A stretch of 49,846 nucleotides of DNA, the filler included, from Jimgerdemannia flammicorona (taxonomy: Eukaryota): assembly GCA_003990765.1 (NCBI GenBank). It is 2 parts of 2 records of this genome, joined end to end, with 100 filler letters (N's around TTAATTAATTAA, not from the genome) between each part and the next. Parts side by side here need not be neighbours in the genome. Positions count along the whole stretch, not along the records: positions 1 to 24,875 come from RBNJ01000908.1; positions 24,976 to 49,846 come from RBNJ01000909.1. The stretch is one strand, 5' to 3'. The position numbers were made by a program, and so were the translations under genes. The notes under the pieces were generated by a model. That model did not search any database, was not told the origin of the DNA, and saw only the letters and a program-made list of their open reading frames with translations. Position 1 is the first letter of the stretch. Each line of letters begins with the position of its first letter. Of this stretch, positions 23,230 to 33,870 are shown piece after piece.

Positions 23230-24875
23230 ACTTCGTCATCCTGCAGCTCTCATCATCCTCATCGTCATGTGATCATCAATGCCTGCCCCGTCGTCCTGCG
23301 GCTCCCCATCATCATTATTTTGCGATGTGATATCAGCTGCCATATGTGGCGATCAAATGTTGGCAGGTCGCGGCCGAAATATATCGGCTTGTTCTCCGCG
23401 CTTATTCTTACGTCATTATATAATATATTAATATTTTGTATCTGCAACAGTGGGGTTTGACGTAAATAAATTGAATTTTTTTTTACTTTATGTGGCGCTC
23501 AAAGAAGGGGTTAGCACGGCAGTATACTTAATAGCGGAGAGGGGTTCCCCCAATCGGTGTATGGCTTTGTTTCACCGTGTTCATGCAACGGCTTCGATCA
23601 GAATAGTACGCTGTAGCAAACTGGGGCTCTCTATAATTACAGAGGCAAACTTGGTTCATTAGGTTGAAGGTTTCTCTCATCTGGAACACGTAAACAATAG
23701 TGGATGGTTACTTCCCTCGTTTGCTTGATTCGCAACATGTAGTTAATTTTTGAATCTTCCATTCGTATCTCCGCAACAAACCGCTGTGGCAAATTATATG
23801 ACGACATGATGAAACGTCGCATGAAATCATCTGAATTGGCATGTGACGCTCTTTTTTTTTTTTTCTTCTAAAGTGAAACGCGTCCTTTTTTCCTTCCTTC
23901 TGCCTGTTGCCTTCGCTTCCTCTTATCTCTCTTAGGTATACACTCCCTTAGTATTTTTCTTCGTGGTCTGCCATCTTTTACTGTTGGTTGCTCTGTAGAA
24001 ATATTTCGCTATTGGTCGCTTTGTAGAAAGGCGATAGCGTGTTGAGTTATTGTTGCGCGAGACTCACGTTGCTTTTTTATTTTTATTTTTACCAAATACT
24101 CACTGAACTGACACGTCAAACTCATGTCGGCGGAACTGTTCGAATGCGGTGAATACCACAATCAAGTTTCGTGGCGGTGGCAGTGGCAGTAATGAGTGCC
24201 GTAGCCGGCGACGTTGAAGGTAAACAACACCACGACTCTGGTAAGTGTTGCAACGACTGACGAGCACGAAAACGCATTGCAAAAAGAATTGTTGAGTAAC
24301 CAACAACAATTGACCTTACCCTTCAAAACGTCGAATTGAATAGCATCGCCCCCGCCCACTTCTTCAAGCCTCTTAAGCGCTTTCTCAACCTGCTCAGCCT
24401 TTTGATTTCGTGGTACATAATTACAATATTCTCCCACCCAATTATGTTTTCCTCACCGTCACTCTGAGTGACGTCACCTGTCACGGCCAATATTTATTAT
24501 GTGGTTGTGTTTGACTCTTCCCATTTCTATCTCTCCCTCATCGAAGGCCGTTTCTATCTCTCTCCCATCGAAGGCTGTTTCCTCCGGTATTGGAATAACG
24601 CATCAAGGTAAGCAGCACATTCATATCTCGGTCAGTTCGAAAGGAAGCATAAACGAGGGAGGTGGGTGGGAGTAGAAAAAGCCGCGCAGTGACGAACTGA
24701 GTGAAGGGGATACGGAACTTCGAAGGTGAATAACTGCTAAATTACATGTATATATATATATATTTACGTCATTCCTAAACTTTCCATTTCTTAACCCATC
24801 CAAGGTATGCATTCAGTTCGCTGTTCATCTTGCCCGCTTGCCTCAGGGTCTCAGGGCCTCGGGCCTCAGGAATGA

Positions 24876-24975
24876 NNNNNNNNNNNNNNNNNNNNNNNNN
24901 NNNNNNNNNNNNNNNNNNNTTAATTAATTAANNNNNNNNNNNNNNNNNNNNNNNNNNNNNNNNNNNNNNNNNNNN
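24876..24975. other. Artificial contig-joining spacer (44 N + TTAATTAATTAA + 44 N)
   Basis: Exactly 100 bp and symmetric. The central 12-mer puts stop codons in all six frames. Confidence 0.95.
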
Positions 24976-25417
24976 CCCCCACCAGCCGTCCCACCCCCAG
25001 CCACAGCCCCTCCAGCCCCTACGCTCATACCGCCAATCTAAGGACCCCCCCCCCTCCCCAGGCTCGCCTTGCCCTTCCCCACAGCAGCACCAGCCCTGTC
25101 TCCAGCCCTGTCTCCAACCGGCCATCCACTCCCCTTCACCTTGTCAGCAAAGCTGGAGGGGCCAGCCCTTCCCCTGTTATCACCTGACACCGGTCCTCCT
25201 CCAGAGCCCTCCCCGCCTTTCGATCCTCCAAAGGCCCCCATCCCCAGGCCAAAACCTCTCCCCACCTCCTGCCAGCCGAAAGCCCCAGCTCCCCCTGACC
25301 CAGTACGCCTGTCGGAACTCTTGCTCGAAGACATGTTGATAGTACCTTTTCTCCTAGTAGTGTCGAAAACTGTTGCTTGAAGTCTTGTGTAACGTGAATT
25401 GTACTGGAGAAAGGTGT
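24976..25417 (-). mobile_element. Young LINE 5' end (5' UTR and ORF1 start, ATG at 25334) inserted in the Gypsy-B 3' LTR; cut by the gap
   Basis: MSSSKSSDRRTGSGGAGAFGWQEVGRGFGLG...SFADKVK aligns with the LINE ORF1 at 8066 (...LSTFNWQYVRRGPGLG...SFAEIEK). The 5' UTRs also align. CpGs are retained. Confidence 0.85.
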
Positions 25418-25428
25418 TGGCATGTCTG

Positions 25429-26307
25429 ATTCAGTAGTTCTCCTTCTTGAGTGACAGGTGATCTCTGTGTAGCATGATGATCTCCAAAAGTATATGATTT
25501 TTGGCAGATGACTCGATTTGGCTCACTGGGAATAACAAATAACTTGGTGGCAGATAATTTGGATAACTTGGATAACTTGGATGTTGCTGGTTCGGTTTCA
25601 ACTGGGAATACTACTTGGATGGCATGGGTTCTCTGGGAATGCAGATAACTCAAAAATGGTGGATGATGTGGATTCTCTGGAATCGGCAGGCTTCTGGGTA
25701 ATAACTCAGATGGCATGGATTCATCTGAATCGGTGGCTCTTTTGGGAATATAATGGCATGGATTCTTCCTGAATCAGTGGCTTCAACTGGAAAATGGTGG
25801 TGAAGTTCTTCTTTGAACTTGGGTGGCAAATCTTCAGGCTTATCTGGCAAGCAAACCAAAAATGGTTCTCATTCTTTATATCAGAAAGTGGACCGGAGTG
25901 GAAAAGAAGAGAACCAAGCTCACAACTTCTTGGTAGTGGCTCATTGGCAGGTGTATCTCCTAAGTATTGCAATCCTTCCTGGATCAAGTGGCTTTTGGCA
26001 GATATTTCTCCTAAGTGTACCAGACAATTGACTTTTGCTTTGGTTTGTATTCAACTTTCGGACTGAGGTTTATTCACTCTTGTCGCTGGGGTAATTTATA
26101 CAAGTTGGTTGCTATCTAGTTACTATGTGGCTAATTATAGGTTTGCTACCTATGGCAGGTGTACAGAGTCTGTACAGGTAAACAGACTCATTCTGGTATA
26201 TCTGGCTATTTATACAGTTTCCACAGCAATGGTTGCTGGTTACTATGCTGTGTATTCACATTATCTGGCTAAGGTATAATTCAGGTGGTATGTTTTGGTT
26301 TGTTATA
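25429..26307 (-). repeat. Gypsy-B 3' LTR (partial, truncated by LINE insertion)
   Basis: Aligns with 34222-35117. Ends TGTTATA, a decayed form of TGTTACA. Confidence 0.9.
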
Positions 26308-26348
26308 TCAGCCCCCACTGAAGGATAGTCTGTCCCAGACTATTCTTC

Positions 26349-26861
26349 AGTCATCATCCCAATAGGTATAAGTAGCTTCTGCATCTATATCTGTTCCATC
26401 ATCTTCATTGTCTGTGCTAGGGTCACTCTATTCTAAAGGCTCCTCCTCTTCTTCAGGGAATAAAATCTCGACAGAATTGATAATGCTCAAACAGGTACTA
26501 GGATTCATTCCTTGAATGTCATTCAGGGAGAACTGTGCCTATGTCAGAGCTATGGCATTTCGTTTGTAAATGGTATATTGTCTGTCTACAGCAGTAGTAT
26601 CTCTTCTGGTTAGACCTGTGGTGTTTCGATATAGGTCTGCTCTGGGGCTGGAAGGTTCTGCAATAGTTCTCCAATTGCATAATAGGTCTGCAGTTGGTGG
26701 ACCTGTAGTAGGCATCTGGCCAAGGTGAGATTTTCTTGGTGAACTTGGATCTTCTGAAGGGGATTTCCATTAGCTTGGCTGAATTGGGGTAGAGGAACTG
26801 GTAGGGTCTAGAAGGAGCTGAGGACTAAGGTCTGGAGGCGCTGATCAATCCTTTGGTTCAT
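26349..26861 (-). pseudogene. Gypsy-B third ORF downstream of integrase (unknown function, acidic C-terminus)
   Basis: The ATG (26861-26859) overlaps the integrase TGA. It reads MNQRIDQRLQTL...LQTYYAIGELL...(frameshift)...RQYTIYKRNAIAL...EEEEEP...DDD. A homologous remnant lies in Gypsy A at 7200-7640. Confidence 0.6.
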
Positions 26862-29743
26862 GGTATAGAGGGAAGATATAGCTTGAGGTGATTGATGTAT
26901 ACTAGTGTTCTCAGGGTTTGTCCATCCATGCTTCTTAAATAGATGCTAGTTCCTCTGATATTGTGTACAAGATAAGGTCTTTCCCATTTGGGCTCCAATT
27001 TGGTGGCAAAATTTGTTTCAATCATGCTTCTCCAAACTAGTACTTGATCTCCAATCTTCATCTCCTGATCCTTCTGTTTCTGGTTATAGTGCTTCTTTTG
27101 TCTTTCTTGGGCTTTGATAATCTGACCTTGGGCTTGATTTTGCAACTGTTCTGCCTTTCTAAGGAGGTCTCTGAGATTCTCCTGGTCAGTAGTTCTGGTT
27201 TTCTTGACAAACATCATTTCAAATAGCTTCTGTTTGGTGGAAGCAGCAGGGGTGTTCCGAATTTCCCATAGGATCTCAGGTAAGCAGAGGTCCCAATTGG
27301 TAGGATTGACTCAGGCAAGTCCTTTCTTAATGGTCTGGTTCATTCTTTCTGTCATACCATTGGTCTGAGGGTAGTATGATGTGGTCCACTTGAGGTGGAT
27401 TTTCTGAATTAGAGCATAACTTGTGATTAGGTTATTGATGAATTCTGTGTCTTGGTCAGAGATGAGTTCTTCTGGGGGTCCATATCTGAGTGTGAGTCCA
27501 TGGAGAAGGCCTACAATGGTTAAGGCATCTGTGATTTCCATTGAGAAAGCCTTGGGCCACTTGGTCAGATATTTCACAAGTATAAGGATATATTTGTTTC
27601 TTCTTGGTATAACTGATAGAGGTCCAATTACATCTACTCCCCATCTTTGAAAGATGTGAGTGAGTGGGGGAATTGGTTGCAGAGGGGCTTGATAGTTCTT
27701 CTTTCTTTGGTACTTCTGACAGGTATCACATTTCTGAATGATGTCTTGGACTTGTGCTCTGAGGTGGGGCCAATGTTGATATTGTTTTTGAATCTTGTCT
27801 TCTGTACTTGTCTGTCCTTGGTGGGCTTTCTGGTGTTCTTGTTGGATGAGATCTTCTTATTCTTTGATGGTTACAGGGACTTCCTTTAGGGTGTAGTTCC
27901 TTGGGACACCCTTCTTCTGATTCATTGGAGCTGGTGGGAAAGTACATCAACATTGTTGTGAGCTTTCCCTGCTTTGTGGATAATGGTGATTTTGTAATCC
28001 TGAAGGATAAGGATCCCACAGGCTAGGATTCTGGTAGATTCCTTATGGTTAAATAACCATTTGAGAGCTGCATGGTCTGTGATCAGGGTGAACCTTTTTC
28101 TGATGAGGTAATGCTTGAACAGGGTGAATGCCTATATGACTGCAAGATATTCCAGTTTGGTGCTATCATAGTTCATCTGCTGCTGATTGGTAGCTCTGCT
28201 TGCATAAGCTATCACATGGTGCTGTTGATTGGGTCCTTCTTGGGCTAGGACTGCTCCGAGGCTATCTTTAGAAGCATCTATATACAAGATAAATGGCTTC
28301 TGTAGATTGGGGCACATAAGGATTAGTGCTGTAGTCATGCAGTTCTTGAGTTCTTTGAAGGCTTTCTCTTATGGTTCCATCCATTTAAATGGCACTCCTT
28401 TTTTGAGAAGGATTCGGATTGGGGTGGCAATTTGGGTGAAATCCTTAAAAGACCTTCTATAGTAGGATACTAGCATCAGGAATAATAATATTTCCTTTGG
28501 GGTCTTGGGTGCTGGCCAATTGTTGATCTTTTTGGTTTTCTTTGAGTCTGCATGGGTTTCTTCTTTTGAGACTATGAAGCCAAGGAATTCAAGTTTTTGT
28601 TTCCCAAAGTAGCATTTCTTTGCATTTAGTCTCAAGTGGTTCTTGCAGGTGAGATTGAAGAATTCCTCTAGGTGGTGTAGGTGTTCTTCGAAATTTGCTG
28701 AATAGATGTTAGAATCATCTATATATACAATCAGGCAGTGGTGGATCAAGGGGGTATAGACTAAATTCATCATCCTCTAGAAGGTGGAGGGTGCATTGCA
28801 AAGTCCAAAGGACATTCGGAGGTATTCAAACAGTTTTCCTAGCAAGAAAGGCTGTCTTTTGAATGTCTTTGGGGTCCATGGGGATCTCATGGAATTCTGT
28901 GAAGAGGTCCATACTGCTGAAGTATCTGGCATCTTGTAACTGATCCAAAAGTTCATCGATTCTGGGCAAAGGATAGGCATTCTTTTCAGTGACTGAATTG
29001 AGTTTCCTATAATCTATGCAGAGTCTCCATCCTCTTTCTTTGGTATAATAAGTATAGGGCTAGCCCAGGAGCTGATAGAGGGTCGGATGACTCCATTGTC
29101 TAAGAGTTCTTAAATATGCTCCTTTTCGAATGTTTTCAAGTGATGGGGTATTCTGTAGAGTTTCTGTTGGATAGGTATTGCATTTCCTGTATTTATGCTG
29201 TGGTGATATGATGGGTTGTATGGCAGATTGCCATAATCAGTGGTGAAGATATCTTGATATTTGTTGAGAAGTTCTACTAGTTGTTGCTATTGTTGGGGTG
29301 TCAATTCTTCTCCAATGTTGGTGGAAGGCTTTACTGTCTCCTGGGTCGCAGAGGGGCCTTTCCTTTCTTCTGGGACCTTTTGCCGTTTCCCAATAGGTTT
29401 AGTTCATAAACTTCCCTATGGGTTCAGTGGAGAAAAGGCACCAGATGTCCTATGATGGTTCCTTTTGGCAGGATGATGGTTTCCCAACTTTGGTTGGTTG
29501 CTTGGGAGTGTACTGGATTCATCTTGTCAGGAAATGTGTATCCTTCTATATCCAGGTGTGGGATATCTTCCTTGGGTTCAAAGAAAAGGTTTCTGGGGTC
29601 AGGTGGTGCAAAGATTTCGAAGGTGGTCTGTTCTCTGGGCTCCAGGATAAGATTTTTATGCAGTCTGACTGGTTGCCAGTACACTTGCTGGGGAACATTC
29701 CTCTTGAGGTGGTTGACTTGAAGGAGGTATACTTTCTTTCTGT

Positions 29744-30120
29744 CCAAACTTCCAAATCCTTTGGCTTGTCTTGTCCCTTCAGTCAGTTTGGAGACTTCTT
29801 GTAATTGTGGGGTCCTGACCTTCATGAAGACTGCTTGGGCAATCTTCTGTCCTCTAATGATTCAGTGTCATTCTGCACTACTATTGTATAGAATGACCTT
29901 AATTTCGCCTATATATTCTGAGTCAATGGTTCCTCCTTCTACAGTTATTCCTTGTCTGGCAAGTCCAGACCTAGAGGTCAGTTGGATGTAAGCTCCTTGG
30001 GGTGGCTGTATGGCTAATCCAGTTCTGATCATGAAGGTTTTTCCAGGCTTGATAGATTCATCCTCCAGACTGTGAAGATCATATCCTATATCCTCTGGGT
30101 GGGCTTTGGTTGGGGGTTTG
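29744..30120 (-). pseudogene. dUTPase domain of Gypsy-B pol
   Basis: PTKAHPEDIGYDL...RTGLAIQPPQGAYIQLTSRSGLARQGITVEGGTIDSEYIGEIKVILYN...KIAQAVF...RQAKGFGS contains all five trimeric-dUTPase motifs, with two in-frame TGA. Confidence 0.93.
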
Positions 30121-33100
30121 GCCTTGGGATGCAGCAGGGCATACTGTGCAATATCCTGAGTTTGGGCTGGCCTAAGGCTGAAGCTCCACTAGCAGAGAGC
30201 CTCCAGGCTCTGAGGTTGAGGTGTGGCCATCTGGCTCCAGAAGAGGGGTCTTGGAGGTAGTTGATTCCTCTTCTTCCTGTGGGGTCTAGGGCTTCCATGA
30301 AGTTGGTGGTATATTCTACCCATCCTTGGTGAGTTGCATGTCTGATGAGAGCTAGGATGTCTTCTCCCAAATCATAGATCTTGAGAATTCTTCTTCCTGG
30401 CTTCTTCTTGGTCTGGCTTTTTCAGATCTGACTTCTGTTGTCTCCTCTCTTCAGAGTATGGATTGCAACATCATGACTGAGGTGAATCTTCTGATGTCTG
30501 CAGTCTTGGCAGTCAGGGTGTCTCCCATGGTTGCAATATCCCATTGCTCGAAAATGATGTTCTTAGTTGTTGATTTTCTGTTGTCTTGGGAATCAGTACC
30601 CATCTTGATCATAAGTTGGTAGAAGAGTAGACAAAGGATATATTTCTGTCTGGGTAAAGAAGCCTTGTCCTCTGAATCAGCTTTGCAACTTAGTGGTAAC
30701 TTCTTGGAAGGTAGTTGACTGTGCAAGTGTGTTCAGGGGTTCTGGTCTCTGGGGTCTCTGTCTTTTCTGTTGGTCTATTAGATGGCACTGATAGCAGTAG
30801 TCTCAAGGAGAGTAGAAGACCATTTGGTGAGGACATCTTCCTAGCTGAAAAGCTCTCTCTTGGTGAGTTTCTTTCTTGGGAGTAATGGTGATTGTACTGG
30901 GCCCTTCTTCTATATTCCAAGGGTCATCATCTTCGGGTGGTATCTAGTGAGGGTCATCCCAGAGAACAAGTTCAGGGACCTCTTCTTCTTCAGGTGCCTC
31001 TCCTTCGGGAACTTCCTGGTCAGGAACTTCTTCTTTCTCAGATGATTCTTGTCCCCAAATGGCTTGTACTTCTGCAGCTTCAGTTGCAGGTGTTTCTGGA
31101 ATATGTCTGTATTTCGTCTTCTTTCTTCTGCACTCAGAGCAGGCTGTGCCAGGCGATTTCCTTGTTCCCATGATCTTGGAGGAATGCTCAGGACACTTGT
31201 ATGTCTTGAGGCAGGTAGGGCATCCTTTAATTTCTCCTGCAATGGCTCCAATGGTGATAGGGATGGTGTTCTTGGCCCACACATTGTCTTCTGGTCTATC
31301 ATCCACCAGGTTAATTCGGGGATTGAGTCTGGGATCATTTCTGTCTTCAGATTCTTCTTCTTCTTCTATGGTAGATTCTTCACTGCTTGCATATTCTTCC
31401 TGAATAGTGACCTTCTTCTTCTTCTTCAATTACTCATAGCTGGTCACCTTAACTCTATACTTCTTGCCTCAGTAGTCAAACTTGAGTACCTGTTGGCCAA
31501 TGTCAACAACTGCATTCATTTCCTTCATTCAGTTAGTGCCAAGAATCATGTCATAGGTGACAGCTTCAGTGACAACAGCTTTTGGGATGGAGCACTGAAT
31601 GTGTCCAAGGGAGATGGTGATATTTCATACTTCTTCAAGGGGTTGAGTTCGGGCTCTATCTGCTACTATGATGCTGAGGTTGGATGCTCCATCAATGGGC
31701 CATTGGAGGGTATTCATGAATCGTTTGGCAATGACACAGACAGCTGCTCCTGTATCTATGAGAATTTTTGCTTTTTGTCCTCCAATATTGCCATATAAGT
31801 AGGTGCTGACATGTTTTTCAGCTGCTTGAACAGGGATGGGAACTGGTTCTTACTGTGGGATTGGAACTCAGCCAGTACTGGACCTGATTGTTCTCAGCAA
31901 TTTGTTTCGGACTCTAGCTGGTGTCAGTTGCAGGAACTGTAGGAGAGGGACTTCCATCTTGGCCTCTTGAATCTCCTGCCATGCTTCATTGTAGATGTCT
32001 CTAGGCATGGTCTTCAGGGTGTACTTCTTCTTGGGCTTTGAAGCATCAGGTTCCCATTCTTCTTGTTCTATTTCTTCATCTTCTGGTGGTAGCTCATTTG
32101 TTTCAGGGACAAAAGGTGAAGGAGTCCAGGGAGGTGTCTCTACTTGTTCTTCTTCATGTTCTTTATCTTCTTCTTGGATGATTCTTCTACTGACATTTCT
32201 GGCTAGCTTTCCTACAGGTCTCTTCCTTTTTCTGCTGGGTAGACCGTTTTTTGGATAGTGACCTTGGTAGGGTACAAGTCCAGGTCGCTGTAGTCTTCAC
32301 TGTTGCTTGCTTCCTCGAAATCTTCAACTGGATGGGCTTCAGTCTTTTTGTACCAAGTGTTATTCCTTTGGTTTGATGATTCTGGGTCTCTTTGGTAACT
32401 TCTTTTATTGTTACATTCAGTGGCATAGTGTCCGAATTGTCCACAGTGGAAGCATTGGACTTGTGCTCTATCTCAAACAGAGTACCTTCTTTCTTCTTGC
32501 TGGTAATTCCTGTTATCTCTTGGTGGATAACCTTGGCTTCTCTGTAATGGGTATCCTTTGTTGTCTTGGTAACTCCGATTTTCGCATGTGGTAAGTTTTT
32601 CAATCTGTCCAACCAATCAGTCCAACTTGGAGCTGAGGTCTTGGATTTCACTTCTGTCCTTCTTTCCTTCCTTGGCTGGCCTTCTTTCTTCATATCTTTC
32701 TTGTCCTTGAAGGAGTCCTTGTAGGGCTTTGACCAGGATATCTTCTTTATCTTCTTTCTTGTCATGATCACTCCAAGTAGTTCCTTGTCTGATATCAAAG
32801 AATCCTTGGGCTGTATCTACTTGCTCTTCAGACCTTCTGATGCCTAGGGTGCAAATATGCTGGGCAATGTTTGGGGGAATTCCATTCATGCAGGTCATTG
32901 GACCTATGATATCCTGGTTAGTGGCATTGAATCCGGTGGCATACATTCTCTTCTGGATTGTTGTGAAGAAGGCTCTGGGTGATTCTCCAAGATTCATCTT
33001 CATTCCTATAATAGATTCTTGAGCCTTGTAGTGGGTTTCATTTCCTGCATACTTTTCAATGAGCTAGTGGACCATGGCCTCATATTCTAGCCCATAAGAC

Positions 33101-33850
33101 ATTGCTGCTTATATCTGTCTCACCAGTTCTGAATCTGGGTTATTTGCTGTTTGATGGAAAATTCCTCTGGCTGGTTCTCTGAGTTGAGCCTTGTAGATGG
33201 CAATTTTTCTTTCATCTGAGAGATTCCTCAAGGCTGTGATTTCTTCAATTCTATCAAGAAATTCTCTGGGTTTCTCTGGATATCCTGTAAAGGTTGGCAA
33301 TGAGGTGGCCATTTCATCATCACTTTCTTCTGATTCTGGTTTGGGTTTGGATTCTGATTCTGATTCACTTTCTGAACTGTCACTGGAGATGGGGGTGCTT
33401 GGGTATCTTGAGGATGGTGTTCTGGACCTTGGACAAAGTGGAATAAGTCTAGGTATTCTTGTAGGAGCTACTTCTAACTCTGTAAGGGGTTGTGGTAAAG
33501 GTTCTATTGGTGAAATTGATGGGACTGGTATGGGGTGTCTGGCTGTAAGATCTCAGGCTTGGGTAATAAGATCTTCTAGTTCTTGGGCAAGTTCTTCAAA
33601 ATCTTCAGCAGGGCCACTGGTATTATCTGATTGATCTATTTGGGGATTTTGGGCTGTACTGCCTTCTGGTTCTAGTTGGGATCCTTCTGATGCTGAGTAG
33701 TTGGCAAGTCTTGATGTGATTACTTCTCTTCCTATCCAGATGCTGATTATAACTGGTTCTCCTATAGTAGCAGAGGTTGGTGTTGTATCAAATGTATCCA
33801 GTTTGACTGTGGATTCTTATGAGCTGAAAAGTCATATTGATTTTGAAATC

Positions 33851-33868
33851 TTCCCAGTTGAGCCCCCA
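33851..33868 (-). promoter_or_regulatory. Primer-binding site, tRNA-Pro-like
   Basis: TGGGGGCTCAACTGGGAA lies 2 nt after the 5' LTR end. It resembles the tRNA-Pro PBS TGGGGGCTCGTCCGGGAT, and two of the differences are CpG transitions. Confidence 0.7.
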
Positions 33869-33870
33869 AA

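Noticed and set aside
25388..25395. TGTAACGT as the outer end of the Gypsy-B 3' LTR
   Set aside because: It aligns with the LINE 5' UTR (TTCA-GTTACACAA, also at ~8002-8015), so it belongs to the inserted LINE. The true LTR end and TSD are not visible.
31049..31798. 249-aa plus-strand ORF and other plus-strand ORFs within Gypsy-B
   Set aside because: Antisense to the protease and spacer frame, with no independent coding signal.
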